A stretch of 63,982 nt of DNA, the filler included, from Stramenopiles sp. TOSAG23-2 (lineage: Eukaryota): assembly GCA_900128395.1 (NCBI GenBank). It is 7 parts of 7 records of this genome, joined end to end, with 100 filler letters (N's around TTAATTAATTAA, not from the genome) between each part and the next. Parts side by side here need not be neighbours in the genome. Positions count along the whole stretch, not along the records: positions 37,551 to 46,815 come from LT650113.1; positions 46,916 to 56,153 come from LT650114.1; positions 56,254 to 63,982 come from LT650280.1; 4 more parts are not named here. The stretch is one strand, 5' to 3'. The translations under genes and the position numbers were made by a program. Under the pieces are notes generated by a model. The model ran no database searches. It was not told where the DNA came from and worked only from the letters and a program-made list of their open reading frames with translations. Shown piece by piece: positions 45,901-56,688 of the stretch; within the stretch, counting starts at the first letter, position 1, and every line of letters starts with the position of its first letter.

Positions 45901-46708
45901 TATTGGATTTGTAATGGTTCTTTCCTATAACTTGTTGCTCCCACATTGGATCTACAATGATCTGTACAATGGACGATCGTATTGCATGAAACATGAACCA
46001 ATTTTTCAATTTATTGGCGTCTTCTTTCACCCAACCATTTTGAAAAACAGTATTCAATATCCAGTTAGAAAAGTATCTTGATTCATTGCTTTTTTTCTCC
46101 AAATTAGATGATAATATATACATAATGAATTGAATACGTGGAGATATTTTACTAGACGTAGCATTGGATTTGGATAATTGAATGGATTCAAAAATATCTT
46201 GACATGTAATTATATTATATAAACATATCTTTACAAATCTTTGAATTGAAAATTTCAAGATTATTACATCAGGTTTTTTTTCACTGTCAAATAAATAAAC
46301 TCCTAAATTATTTGCCTTTAGATTGCACTGCAAACTAGACAACAGAAAAGTGCAAATATTATCAAGCATATTTTGTATTGCTGTGTTGTTGTTATTGTTA
46401 TTATTATTATTTATATTATTGTTGAAAATCTTCAAATAACTGTTATTGCTATTTGTTTCATTTGTTACATCATCATTACTAGATTTTATATTTGATATAT
46501 ATAGAAACTGTTGCATTAATGATATGACAATTCTCGGCGGCACGACAAATGATTTGCCATGTGTTGCTAATGTTGTGCATAACATGTTGAGATCATGAAT
46601 CTTTTTAGATAATGTTTCAACAGTAGTGTTCAATATATTCTTTTTTATTCTACTGCCACGGTAAGTTTTTTGAATTAATAAAGCTGAATTCTGGCGTAAC
46701 CTTTCCAT
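42968..46708 (-). CDS. HECT E3 ubiquitin ligase, UBE3B/UBE3C (UPL6/7)-like
   Basis: IQ motif (IQKTYRG), ESGIDAGGLFKEF, catalytic LPSASTCFNILKLP, terminal SGFGLT. The true start may lie further upstream. Confidence 0.93.
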   Translation of the reverse strand: MERLRQNSALLIQKTYRGSRIKKNILNTTVETLSKKIHDLNMLCTTLATHGKSFVVPPRIVISLMQQFLYISNIKSSNDDVTNETNSNNSYLKIFNNNINNNNNNNNNTAIQNMLDNICTFLLSSLQCNLKANNLGVYLFDSEKKPDVIILKFSIQRFVKICLYNIITCQDIFESIQLSKSNATSSKISPRIQFIMYILSSNLEKKSNESRYFSNWILNTVFQNGWVKEDANKLKNWFMFHAIRSSIVQIIVDPMWEQQVIGKNHYKSNNNLKTLLSNSIMPVIKIGQLFENIPSGNEKNTNNTENKMEFYSVILGMFFSIPYFFTFCICMKDTKEYFLNIYSDLIQKEKWGKIFAGKDLRNIMDQGEILHCNIYLSITSNICALFDAYKAHCETGIDNASCASTRQILISKLQTDLISMCKFIFTLADYLPTSTYEADTEFIIVKKVRSSSKTSRQSSFRLPTLVVRQLHVMISSNTVNFLMKYLLPTTWEPNPTVTKRIYEYTILEKDLTTEEETARKGVWGRFVKSASWAKKVFVGKKQDVSLDTWDDEGHVNNNNNYNEKESQKGRKKSRYSKGNKRNIQKDDKAALGDTNASKIYINSEPQHVDAFCSLYMKILWRWWPGMSTQMVSFNLLNTLAYRTKFAPVVWAYLETTDDINKYILSKNDSTNILGTNACQCSGVLAMIGLFTCVYNHIFTVLDDNDLYTLQKPVPIASLIRYILRAKVIIYKMFWETEDVLLDYKSWNLKSGKGSPKSMKSSSSHLLSYVPYALRLRLLLTSLMKALYDRNSRQAFCNNKTWLIEDLNKRMGKGDHFVHLLTIGALEAIGKNTSLKGAAWEHTKRLQALTAHYFLQAVPFTVPFVDRLRLFNHIIKEARDSMQGETIQPIRVRIKRSQVFEDGFKHLNRLGPRIRQRLYVNFIDNYGNEESGIDAGGLFKEFWTSLSKIAFNINYGLWALTEGHLMYPSPTASLLHNNSLELYEFLGRVLGKAMFEGIVVNPNFTFFFLRKLLGKTNTLSDLPTLDPELYKNLMFLKNYEGDVDDLALAFTAIDTALGTHKEVPLIKNGENIPVTNENKLRYIYMVAHYRLNVKLRPQCNAFINGMRDVIPVSWLGLFSENELQSVISGINKTINIDELQQYTKYVGGYSSLSPTVRILWDVLRSFNQQDRQKFLHFVTSCERAPPLGFSQLEPKFTIQWVPNPTGEKLPSASTCFNILKLPDYKSKKTLKEKILYSIRSNSGFGLT

Positions 46709-46915
46709 TCTTCGTATCTCATGTTTTTCAGCCGCTTCTTCTTTGAGTAAATCTCGTTTACTCCTTGGTTCATTGCTTACCTTCCGATTTATTACAGCAG
46801 TATTTACACTTGTATNNNNNNNNNNNNNNNNNNNNNNNNNNNNNNNNNNNNNNNNNNNNTTAATTAATTAANNNNNNNNNNNNNNNNNNNNNNNNNNNNN
46901 NNNNNNNNNNNNNNN

Positions 46916-47202
46916 CTGTCCTTTGCTCCATAGTAACCACACATTGGTATGAAGCTAGCGACAAGAAAACCTGCCGCAAACACGAAGAAGCTAATTTCTC
47001 CAGTCATCCAATTAATTAGATAATCAATGAAAAACACACACAAAATCGTCGTAGCTATTCTCATGACTTGAATCACAAGCTTCCTCGTTTCAGGGTCTAA
47101 ACCATCCATAGGAATTCCATATACGACAGGTGGTGCTTGATATTGCTGCTGCTGCTGCTGCTGCTGTTGTGATGGTTGGTATTGTCGTTGTTGTTGTTGC
47201 AT
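46916..47202 (-). CDS. 5' part of a membrane protein with poly-Gln N-terminus (mirror copy 55867-56153, + strand)
   Basis: MQQQQ...; two hydrophobic segments ending IPMCGYYGAK; cut by the contig end. Confidence 0.6.
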
Positions 47203-47808
47203 TTTTAAAATATACTTTTTGATACAAATTTCAATCAAATCACGTGTATATATTCTTTGTACTGTATTGAAGTAAAACAAAAGACAATGACAATAAGATA
47301 ATAATTATTATATTTTTAAAAATCAAATTGACGATTACGATATATAAAATATATTTTCTGTTTTTTCTTTCATTCATTCGATATTATTCAGTTCTATGTG
47401 CGTGTTGTGTGTGAAGAAAGAAAAAGAGATGAAATTTGAAATTGAGATGAAGAATTCTAGATGGTTTTATGTTGTACTCCTTAGTATAAGATATATGTGA
47501 CGGGAGCATTAAGATAAGAATACCATTGTGGAAAAGCAAAACTCATCACAAATTATTATACACCAGCACACCAGCATACCAGCCACCTTTATCCTCTCAT
47601 TTTTTAATTTAAATTCCTTAAACCTTTAAACAACTTAAAAATATAAACTCCTACGTCGCGTCGACGAAAAATCCACACAAAAGCACAAGATGATGCAAAA
47701 AAAGATATATATTTCTCCTTGTGTGCTATACATACAGGTATAGAATTCCTGCATGTACAACATAATAAAATATCACCTACATAGAGAAATACATAACTAT
47801 AATAAACC

Positions 47809-49632
47809 ATGGCATTAATAGCTTTTCCCCGCCGTCGTTTGATATTATTATTATTATTATTATTTTCAACAATATTTTCTTCATTATTGTGTCAATCTAC
47901 ATTTGCTAATAAATCACCAAATATATTATTCATTTTATCAGATGATACAGGATGGAATGATGTAGGATTTCATGGATCCAAACAAATACCAACACCAACA
48001 ATGGATCGTTTAGCTCAAAATGGAATCACTTTAAACAATTATTATGTAAATCCAGTTTGTTCACCAACTCGTGCTTCTATTATGTCTGGTAGATCCATGA
48101 TACATCATGGTATTCAAACACCGTTTGATCATGGTAATGATGCATCTGGCTTAAATTTATCATATACTTTATTTCCAGAACAATTAAAAATGCATTATAA
48201 TTACACGACGTATATGATTGGCAAATGGCATTTAGGTATGAAAAATAAAGAATATTTACCTTCATCCCGTGGTTTTGATAAATTTTATGGATTTTACTTA
48301 GGATGCAGTGATTATTGGAAACATTATGGAGATGTTGATGATAATAATGAAGCTGGTGTTGATTTACATAAAGGTGGAATAGGATTAAACATTATGCCAG
48401 GTGAAGATGAAACTGTGTATGAATCAGCATGTGTATATTCTTCCACATTATATGGAGAAAAAGCAAATGAGTGGATTACAGAACATGCTAAAACAATGCC
48501 AAATACACCATGGTATATGTACTTAGCTTTTCAAGGGACTCATTCTGCAAATAATAAATTTGTACAAGCACCGATGGATCGTATAAATGATTTTAATTAT
48601 ATTTCACCAGAAAATGAAACATGTGGCCAATATGATACACCAATAACAACGAAAACGTGTACAAGACGTGCTATGCGAAAAACATGTGCTGCTACATTAG
48701 CTGTTGTAGATGATGCAATAAAAAGTATTGTTGATAATTTAAAAAAAGTCAATATGTATGAAAATACAATTATTGTATATAGTTCAGACAATGGTGGCCC
48801 ACCAAATGGTACTAATAATAATATGATGAATAATTGGCCATTACGAAGTGGAAAAGGAAGTTGCTGGGAAGGTGGAATACGCGCCGCTGGTTTTATTCAT
48901 GCACCATACATTTTAAAACGAACTGGAATTAGTAATGATTTGTTCCATGTTAGTGATTGGTATAAATCCTTATTTCATGCTGCTGCTGGTAATAATGGAG
49001 TTGTTGAAAAAATATCATTGAAACCAAATGAAGTGGAATGGAAAAATGGAGATGGAATCGACAATTGGGCATGTTTGGCATCTTCCAAAGATGATCAAAC
49101 ACCATCTGCACGTAATGAAATTATCATTTCATCACAAGCAAAAGGTTCCATTTTTAATACACATGCAATTCGTGTTGGGGATATGAAATTAGTTTGGTCG
49201 CCAAATTTATTATATACCAATAAACTATGGTATTTCCCACCAGGTTCAAAAGAATATGATTATACCATTAAGTGCGGTAAACCACCAAGTGATATAAGTG
49301 ACAATTTATGTGAAGATGAAAACACACCATGTCTTTATAACATTACCGCTGATCCATGTGAATTTGTAAACCTTGCTACGAAATTACCAAATTATGTTCA
49401 ATCATTAAAAACAAAAATTAATGAATATAAAAAAACAACTGTATTAACATGGAAACAATTCCATAAAACCGATACTCGTGCTTTGCCATCTAACCATGGC
49501 GGTAAAGTACCAATACAACCAAATACAATAAAAGGTGGTGCATCCGAATATAATGGTGTATGGAAACCTTGGCTTACAAAGGAAGAAAGTAAAACATATT
49601 ATCCAGAATTCTATGTAGGGCCAGGATATTGA
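47809..49632 (+). CDS. Secreted arylsulfatase (ARSB/I/J-like, formylglycine-dependent)
   Basis: Signal peptide; PNILFILSDDTG, CSPTRASIMSGR (CxPxR), GKWHLG, SSDNGG. Confidence 0.95.
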   Translation: MALIAFPRRRLILLLLLLFSTIFSSLLCQSTFANKSPNILFILSDDTGWNDVGFHGSKQIPTPTMDRLAQNGITLNNYYVNPVCSPTRASIMSGRSMIHHGIQTPFDHGNDASGLNLSYTLFPEQLKMHYNYTTYMIGKWHLGMKNKEYLPSSRGFDKFYGFYLGCSDYWKHYGDVDDNNEAGVDLHKGGIGLNIMPGEDETVYESACVYSSTLYGEKANEWITEHAKTMPNTPWYMYLAFQGTHSANNKFVQAPMDRINDFNYISPENETCGQYDTPITTKTCTRRAMRKTCAATLAVVDDAIKSIVDNLKKVNMYENTIIVYSSDNGGPPNGTNNNMMNNWPLRSGKGSCWEGGIRAAGFIHAPYILKRTGISNDLFHVSDWYKSLFHAAAGNNGVVEKISLKPNEVEWKNGDGIDNWACLASSKDDQTPSARNEIIISSQAKGSIFNTHAIRVGDMKLVWSPNLLYTNKLWYFPPGSKEYDYTIKCGKPPSDISDNLCEDENTPCLYNITADPCEFVNLATKLPNYVQSLKTKINEYKKTTVLTWKQFHKTDTRALPSNHGGKVPIQPNTIKGGASEYNGVWKPWLTKEESKTYYPEFYVGPGY

Positions 49633-49896
49633 GAGAGAGGACAGATTATATAAAAAAATATATTCAAAAAAATATATTCTATGATAGTACGAAGTAAATA
49701 AAAAAAACATATTTACATCGTATTTTACCACACAGCCTTCGCCTATATCTTTTTACCAGCCCTCTCTATACTTTTAATTAACTATGATTGTAACATTTCA
49801 GTATATATAAAATAATTTTTACGCATAATTTATTTTTAATTTACATTTATACTTGCACATGTTTGATAAACATTTTTATCTTTTTTTTTTAATTTT

Positions 49897-51390
49897 TTAC
49901 AATAATTGAATTTGTTTTTCCTTTAAATGTTTTTGTACTTCACCATCTTCAAATTTTACTTCATAAATAACCATACCATTTTTATTTTTCGATACTTTTG
50001 TAACTTTTCCACCATAAAAACTTTGCCATCCAATTGCTTTTGCTTTGATTTTGTCACCAACTTTATATTTGCTATCAATCTTTTTCTTGGATTTGCTGTT
50101 TATTTCCTCTATATCTTCATCAGTGATCGTTCTCCAGTAAAAATACGTAAGAATTCCAGTCACACTTACAAATTGATATGCTAATCCTGGATAGGATCTA
50201 CCATTGGAAGTTGACCATGCATATATATTTCCCAAAACATATGGCGTAACAACAGCGACAGCAGCTCTTAACTGAGCTAGAGCACCACTATATTCACCCC
50301 TACCCCAACCGGCTTGAATTGCCAATTTAGTTGCAATTGCTCGTGGATAATCACTTGCACCCCAACCAATACTCGATACTGCACATGTAAACATCATTGT
50401 CCATGCTTGTCTAATTACCAATGGCAATGTAGAGTACATCAATAAACCACCAATGTGATTGGCAAAAATAGCCAATGTCGTGTATTTTGGTCCGCCAAAC
50501 CATCGTAGGAAATATTTCTGTGGATTTACAAATAATATAATGCCAATAAATGCTACAAATGTACTTCTTTCGCTTTCATTCATACCAACATCACGTCTTG
50601 AAAAAGATTGATGCACATCAGCTAAATTTTTACCTTCGCATATTTGTTGCAACGCTCCACCAACGATACTTGCAGTGAATAATTTTCGTTCCTCTTTGAA
50701 TATTTTCAAAAATGAAAATGGATTGATATCTGACATTTTAAATGGTTTACGATCTTTCAAACTCAATGTTTCTAGTATTCCAGATGCATTTACCAACTGA
50801 AGTGCAGCAAAAAATGCACTTACTAAAAATGCATATCTTGGATGCCCACCCCATCGTTGTGCTTGTAACCCAAGTATTGGTCCAAATAACAAACCAACGC
50901 CATAATAATTACTCAAACCAGACAATGCTTTTGCAAAATCCATTGGTGTATCTGAAAACAAATCACTCATTGATGCAATTGCTACTGTTGTTCCACTTAT
51001 CGTACTAAAGGAATTGCTAACAATGCGATCCAACGCAACAAAAAAATAAGTTGGATAAAGAAACACTAAAGTTTTTAACACAATGTTTACTGCAGGTCCC
51101 AACATAAGAAATGCTTTTCTTCCAAATTGATCCGATAACTTTGCCAATGGTGAATTTACCATGAATTCAAATATAGCTGAAATCGAAGCCAATTGTGCCA
51201 TTGCAGCACTTACTTGACTAATATCGCCATTATATGCTTTGAATAACATCATTATGTCAGCACGTTGCGTAAAAGGTGCTATTAATGCAGTAGTATTCAG
51301 CGCAATATGGTTGTAAATTTGCTGTAATTTTTTTGCATTTAATTTTTTCTTTTCTGCATCATTTTGTGGTTTGGAATTTATTGATGGCAT
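49897..51390 (-). CDS. MFS transporter (TetA/DHA1-like) with C-terminal Tudor-like domain
   Basis: KLSDQFGRK (MFS motif A), many TM segments, C-terminal YKVGDKIKA...FYGGKV...YEVKFEDGE. Confidence 0.85.
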   Translation of the reverse strand: MPSINSKPQNDAEKKKLNAKKLQQIYNHIALNTTALIAPFTQRADIMMLFKAYNGDISQVSAAMAQLASISAIFEFMVNSPLAKLSDQFGRKAFLMLGPAVNIVLKTLVFLYPTYFFVALDRIVSNSFSTISGTTVAIASMSDLFSDTPMDFAKALSGLSNYYGVGLLFGPILGLQAQRWGGHPRYAFLVSAFFAALQLVNASGILETLSLKDRKPFKMSDINPFSFLKIFKEERKLFTASIVGGALQQICEGKNLADVHQSFSRRDVGMNESERSTFVAFIGIILFVNPQKYFLRWFGGPKYTTLAIFANHIGGLLMYSTLPLVIRQAWTMMFTCAVSSIGWGASDYPRAIATKLAIQAGWGRGEYSGALAQLRAAVAVVTPYVLGNIYAWSTSNGRSYPGLAYQFVSVTGILTYFYWRTITDEDIEEINSKSKKKIDSKYKVGDKIKAKAIGWQSFYGGKVTKVSKNKNGMVIYEVKFEDGEVQKHLKEKQIQLL

Positions 51391-51513
51391 GATGAAATCT
51401 TGTTATATATATTATACAATAATGTAATTACTATTATAATAATATGAATGTCGTTAAAAGGTATGATCTATCTTTTCTATGATATCTATATAATCTATCT
51501 TTTCTATCTATCC

Positions 51514-51555
<42 letters not shown>

Positions 51556-51678
51556 GGATAGATAGAAAAGATAGATTATATAGATATCATAGAAAAGATA
51601 GATCATACCTTTTAACGACATTCATATTATTATAATAGTAATTACATTATTGTATAATATATATAACAAGATTTCATC

Positions 51679-53172
51679 ATGCCATCAATAAATTCCAAAC
51701 CACAAAATGATGCAGAAAAGAAAAAATTAAATGCAAAAAAATTACAGCAAATTTACAACCATATTGCGCTGAATACTACTGCATTAATAGCACCTTTTAC
51801 GCAACGGGCTGACATATTGATGTTATTCAAAGCATATAATGGCGATATTAGTCAAGTAAGTGCTGCAATGGCACAATTGGCTTCGATTTCAGCTATATTT
51901 GAATTCATGGTAAATTCACCATTGGCAAAGTTATCGGATCAATTTGGAAGAAAAGCATTTCTTATGTTGGGACCTGCAGTAAACATTGTGTTAAAAACTT
52001 TAGTGTTTCTTTATCCAACTTATTTTTTTGTTGCGTTGGATCGCATTGTTAGCAATTCCTTTAGTACGATAAGTGGAACAACAGTAGCAATTGCATCAAT
52101 GAGTGATTTGTTTTCAGATACACCAATGGATTTTGCAAAAGCATTGTCTGGTTTGAGTAATTATTATGGCGTTGGTTTGTTATTTGGACCAATACTTGGG
52201 TTACAAGCACAACGATGGGGTGGGCATCCAAGATATGCATTTTTAGTAAGTGCATTTTTTGCTGCACTTCAGTTGGTAAATGCATCTGGAATACTAGAAA
52301 CATTGAGTTTGAAAGATCGTAAACCATTTAAAATGTCAGATATCAACCCATTTTCATTTTTGAAAATATTCAAAGAGGAACGAAAATTATTCACTGCAAG
52401 TATCGTTGGTGGAGCGTTGCAACAAATATGCGAAGGTAAAAATTTAGCTGATGTGCATCAATCTTTTTCAAGACGTGATGTTGGTATGAATGAAAGCGAA
52501 AGAAGTACATTTGTAGCATTTATTGGCATTATATTATTTGTAAATCCACAGAAATATTTCCTACGATGGTTTGGCGGACCAAAATACACGACATTGGCTA
52601 TTTTTGCCAATCACATTGGTGGTTTATTGATGTACTCTACATTGCCATTGGTAATTAGACAAGCATGGACAATGATGTTTACATGTGCAGTATCGAGTAT
52701 TGGTTGGGGTGCAAGTGATTATCCACGAGCAATTGCAACTAAATTGGCAATTCAAGCCGGTTGGGGTAGGGGTGAATATAGTGGTGCTCTAGCTCAGTTA
52801 AGAGCTGCTGTCGCTGTTGTTACGCCATATGTTTTGGGAAATATATATGCATGGTCAACTTCCAATGGTAGATCCTATCCAGGATTAGCATATCAATTTG
52901 TAAGTGTGACTGGAATTCTTACGTATTTTTACTGGAGAACGATCACTGATGAAGATATAGAGGAAATAAACAGCAAATCCAAGAAAAAGATTGATAGCAA
53001 ATATAGAGTTGGTGACAAAATCAAAGCAAAAGCAATTGGATGGCAAAGTTTTTATGGTGGAAAAGTTACAAAAGTATCGAAAAATAAAAATGGTATGGTT
53101 ATTTATGAAGTAAAATTTGAAGATGGTGAAGTACAAAAACATTTAAAGGAAAAACAAATTCAATTATTGTAA
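51679..53172 (+). CDS. MFS transporter with Tudor-like domain (mirror copy, 2 aa differences)
   Basis: ADILML vs ADIMML and KYRVG vs KYKVG relative to 49897-51390. Confidence 0.85.
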   Translation: MPSINSKPQNDAEKKKLNAKKLQQIYNHIALNTTALIAPFTQRADILMLFKAYNGDISQVSAAMAQLASISAIFEFMVNSPLAKLSDQFGRKAFLMLGPAVNIVLKTLVFLYPTYFFVALDRIVSNSFSTISGTTVAIASMSDLFSDTPMDFAKALSGLSNYYGVGLLFGPILGLQAQRWGGHPRYAFLVSAFFAALQLVNASGILETLSLKDRKPFKMSDINPFSFLKIFKEERKLFTASIVGGALQQICEGKNLADVHQSFSRRDVGMNESERSTFVAFIGIILFVNPQKYFLRWFGGPKYTTLAIFANHIGGLLMYSTLPLVIRQAWTMMFTCAVSSIGWGASDYPRAIATKLAIQAGWGRGEYSGALAQLRAAVAVVTPYVLGNIYAWSTSNGRSYPGLAYQFVSVTGILTYFYWRTITDEDIEEINSKSKKKIDSKYRVGDKIKAKAIGWQSFYGGKVTKVSKNKNGMVIYEVKFEDGEVQKHLKEKQIQLL

Positions 53173-53436
53173 AAAATTAAAAAAAAAAGATAAAAATGTT
53201 TATCAAACATGTGCAAGTATAAATGTAAATTAAAAATAAATTATGCGTAAAAATTATTTTATATATACTGAAATGTTACAATCATAGTTAATTAAAAGTA
53301 TAGAGAGGGCTGGTAAAAAGATATAGGCGAAGGCTGTGTGGTAAAATACGATGTAAATATGTTTTTTTTATTTACTTCGTACTATCATAGAATATATTTT
53401 TTTGAATATATTTTTTTATATAATCTGTCCTCTCTC

Positions 53437-55260
53437 TCAATATCCTGGCCCTACATAGAATTCTGGATAATATGTTTTACTTTCTTCCTTTGTAAGCCAA
53501 GGTTTCCATACACCATTATATTCGGATGCACCACCTTTTATTGTATTTGGTTGTATTGGTACTTTACCGCCATGGTTAGATGGCAAAGCACGAGTATCGG
53601 TTTTATGGAATTGTTTCCATGTTAATACAGTTGTTTTTTTATATTCATTAATTTTTGTTTTTAATGATTGAACATAATTTGGTAATTTCGTAGCAAGGTT
53701 TACAAATTCACATGGATCAGCGGTAATGTTATAAAGACATGGTGTGTTTTCATCTTCACATAAATTGTCACTTATATCACTTGGTGGTTTACCGCACTTA
53801 ATGGTATAATCATATTCTTTTGAACCTGGTGGGAAATACCATAGTTTATTGGTATATAATAAATTTGGCGACCAAACTAATTTCATATCCCCAACACGAA
53901 TTGCATGTGTATTAAAAATGGAACCTTTTGCTTGTGATGAAATGATAATTTCATTACGTGCAGATGGTGTTTGATCATCTTTGGAAGATGCCAAACATGC
54001 CCAATTGTCGATTCCATCTCCATTTTTCCATTCCACTTCATTTGGTTTCAATGATATTTTTTCAACAACTCCATTATTACCAGCAGCAGCATGAAATAAG
54101 GATTTATACCAATCACTAACATGGAACAAATCATTACTAATTCCAGTTCGTTTTAAAATGTATGGTGCATGAATAAAACCAGCGGCGCGTATTCCACCTT
54201 CCCAGCAACTTCCTTTTCCACTTCGTAATGGCCAATTATTCATCATATTATTATTAGTACCATTTGGTGGGCCACCATTGTCTGAACTATATACAATAAT
54301 TGTATTTTCATACATATTGACTTTTTTTAAATTATCAACAATACTTTTTATTGCATCATCTACAACAGCTAATGTAGCAGCACATGTTTTTCGCATAGCA
54401 CGTCTTGTACACGTTTTCGTTGTTATTGGTGTATCATATTGGCCACATGTTTCATTTTCTGGTGAAATATAATTAAAATCATTTATACGATCCATCGGTG
54501 CTTGTACAAATTTATTATTTGCAGAATGAGTCCCTTGAAAAGCTAAGTACATATACCATGGTGTATTTGGCATTGTTTTAGCATGTTCTGTAATCCACTC
54601 ATTTGCTTTTTCTCCATATAATGTGGAAGAATATACACATGCTGATTCATACACAGTTTCATCTTCACCTGGCATAATGTTTAATCCTATTCCACCTTTA
54701 TGTAAATCAACACCAGCTTCATTATTATCATCAACATCTCCATAATGTTTCCAATAATCACTGCATCCTAAGTAAAATCCATAAAATTTATCAAAACCAC
54801 GGGATGAAGGTAAATATTCTTTATTTTTCATACCTAAATGCCATTTGCCAATCATATACGTCGTGTAATTATAATGCATTTTTAATTGTTCTGGAAATAA
54901 AGTATATGATAAATTTAAGCCAGATGCATCATTACCATGATCAAACGGTGTTTGAATACCATGATGTATCATGGATCTACCAGACATAATAGAAGCACGA
55001 GTTGGTGAACAAACTGGATTTACATAATAATTGTTTAAAGTGATTCCATTTTGAGCTAAACGATCCATTGTTGGTGTTGGTATTTGTTTGGATCCATGAA
55101 ATCCTACATCATTCCATCCTGTATCATCTGATAAAATGAATAATATATTTGGTGATTTATTAGCAAATGTAGATTGACACAATAATGAAGAAAATATTGT
55201 TGAAAATAATAATAATAATAATAATATCAAACGACGGCGGGGAAAAGCTATTAATGCCAT
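53437..55260 (-). CDS. Arylsulfatase (mirror copy)
   Basis: Same translation as 47809-49632. Confidence 0.9.
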   Translation of the reverse strand: MALIAFPRRRLILLLLLLFSTIFSSLLCQSTFANKSPNILFILSDDTGWNDVGFHGSKQIPTPTMDRLAQNGITLNNYYVNPVCSPTRASIMSGRSMIHHGIQTPFDHGNDASGLNLSYTLFPEQLKMHYNYTTYMIGKWHLGMKNKEYLPSSRGFDKFYGFYLGCSDYWKHYGDVDDNNEAGVDLHKGGIGLNIMPGEDETVYESACVYSSTLYGEKANEWITEHAKTMPNTPWYMYLAFQGTHSANNKFVQAPMDRINDFNYISPENETCGQYDTPITTKTCTRRAMRKTCAATLAVVDDAIKSIVDNLKKVNMYENTIIVYSSDNGGPPNGTNNNMMNNWPLRSGKGSCWEGGIRAAGFIHAPYILKRTGISNDLFHVSDWYKSLFHAAAGNNGVVEKISLKPNEVEWKNGDGIDNWACLASSKDDQTPSARNEIIISSQAKGSIFNTHAIRVGDMKLVWSPNLLYTNKLWYFPPGSKEYDYTIKCGKPPSDISDNLCEDENTPCLYNITADPCEFVNLATKLPNYVQSLKTKINEYKKTTVLTWKQFHKTDTRALPSNHGGKVPIQPNTIKGGASEYNGVWKPWLTKEESKTYYPEFYVGPGY

Positions 55261-56688
55261 GGTTTATTATAGTTATGTATTTCTCTATGTAGGTGATATT
55301 TTATTATGTTGTACATGCAGGAATTCTATACCTGTATGTATAGCACACAAGGAGAAATATATATCTTTTTTTGCATCATCTTGTGCTTTTGTGTGGATTT
55401 TTCGTCGACGCGACGTAGGAGTTTATATTTTTAAGTTGTTTAAAGGTTTAAGGAATTTAAATTAAAAAATGAGAGGATAAAGGTGGCTGGTATGCTGGTG
55501 TGCTGGTGTATAATAATTTGTGATGAGTTTTGCTTTTCCACAATGGTATTCTTATCTTAATGCTCCCGTCACATATATCTTATACTAAGGAGTACAACAT
55601 AAAACCATCTAGAATTCTTCATCTCAATTTCAAATTTCATCTCTTTTTCTTTCTTCACACACAACACGCACATAGAACTGAATAATATCGAATGAATGAA
55701 AGAAAAAACAGAAAATATATTTTATATATCGTAATCGTCAATTTGATTTTTAAAAATATAATAATTATTATCTTATTGTCATTGTCTTTTGTTTTACTTC
55801 AATACAGTACAAAGAATATATACACGTGATTTGATTGAAATTTGTATCAAAAAGTATATTTTAAAAATGCAACAACAACAACGACAATACCAACCATCAC
55901 AACAGCAGCAGCAGCAGCAGCAGCAATATCAAGCACCACCTGTCGTATATGGAATTCCTATGGATGGTTTAGACCCTGAAACGAGGAAGCTTGTGATTCA
56001 AGTCATGAGAATAGCTACGACGATTTTGTGTGTGTTTTTCATTGATTATCTAATTAATTGGATGACTGGAGAAATTAGCTTCTTCGTGTTTGCGGCAGGT
56101 TTTCTTGTCGCTAGCTTCATACCAATGTGTGGTTACTATGGAGCAAAGGACAGNNNNNNNNNNNNNNNNNNNNNNNNNNNNNNNNNNNNNNNNNNNNTTA
56201 ATTAATTAANNNNNNNNNNNNNNNNNNNNNNNNNNNNNNNNNNNNNNNNNNNNTTACCAACAATAAACTAACAGAAATTGATGAATTAAAAGAACAAATT
56301 AAGCAATTGAAAAAAGAGAAAGAGGACATGAGAGTGATTTTATAACGTTTAAGACAAGAAAATTATATAATATATATATACTCGTATATATTATATAATT
56401 ATTATTGTTTGAATATGTCGTCAAGTACATTCTCCAACAATTTATTTTAAACACATGTGTGTGTGATGTCTTTCGCGTATAAATATGTATCGTTTTCACC
56501 TATCAAAATTCACCCCAAGTATACATAAAATGTAATGTACGAATGCACGAAGAAATTGAGATGAAAAAAAAACAATAAAAAATAATAAATTTCAAAATAT
56601 TTTATTAAAAATAAAATAATAAGTTGTATAGATATATAGAAAAATGGTTACTGTACGAATGCGTAGTTCTGGTAGCTACACACTACTC

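Larger units (their letters stand above)
46916..56153. repeat. Whole-contig palindrome (two 4619-bp arms) centred on an (AT)n tract at ~51517-51552
   Basis: All mirrored ORF coordinates sum to 103069; at least four substitutions between the arms. Confidence 0.97.
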
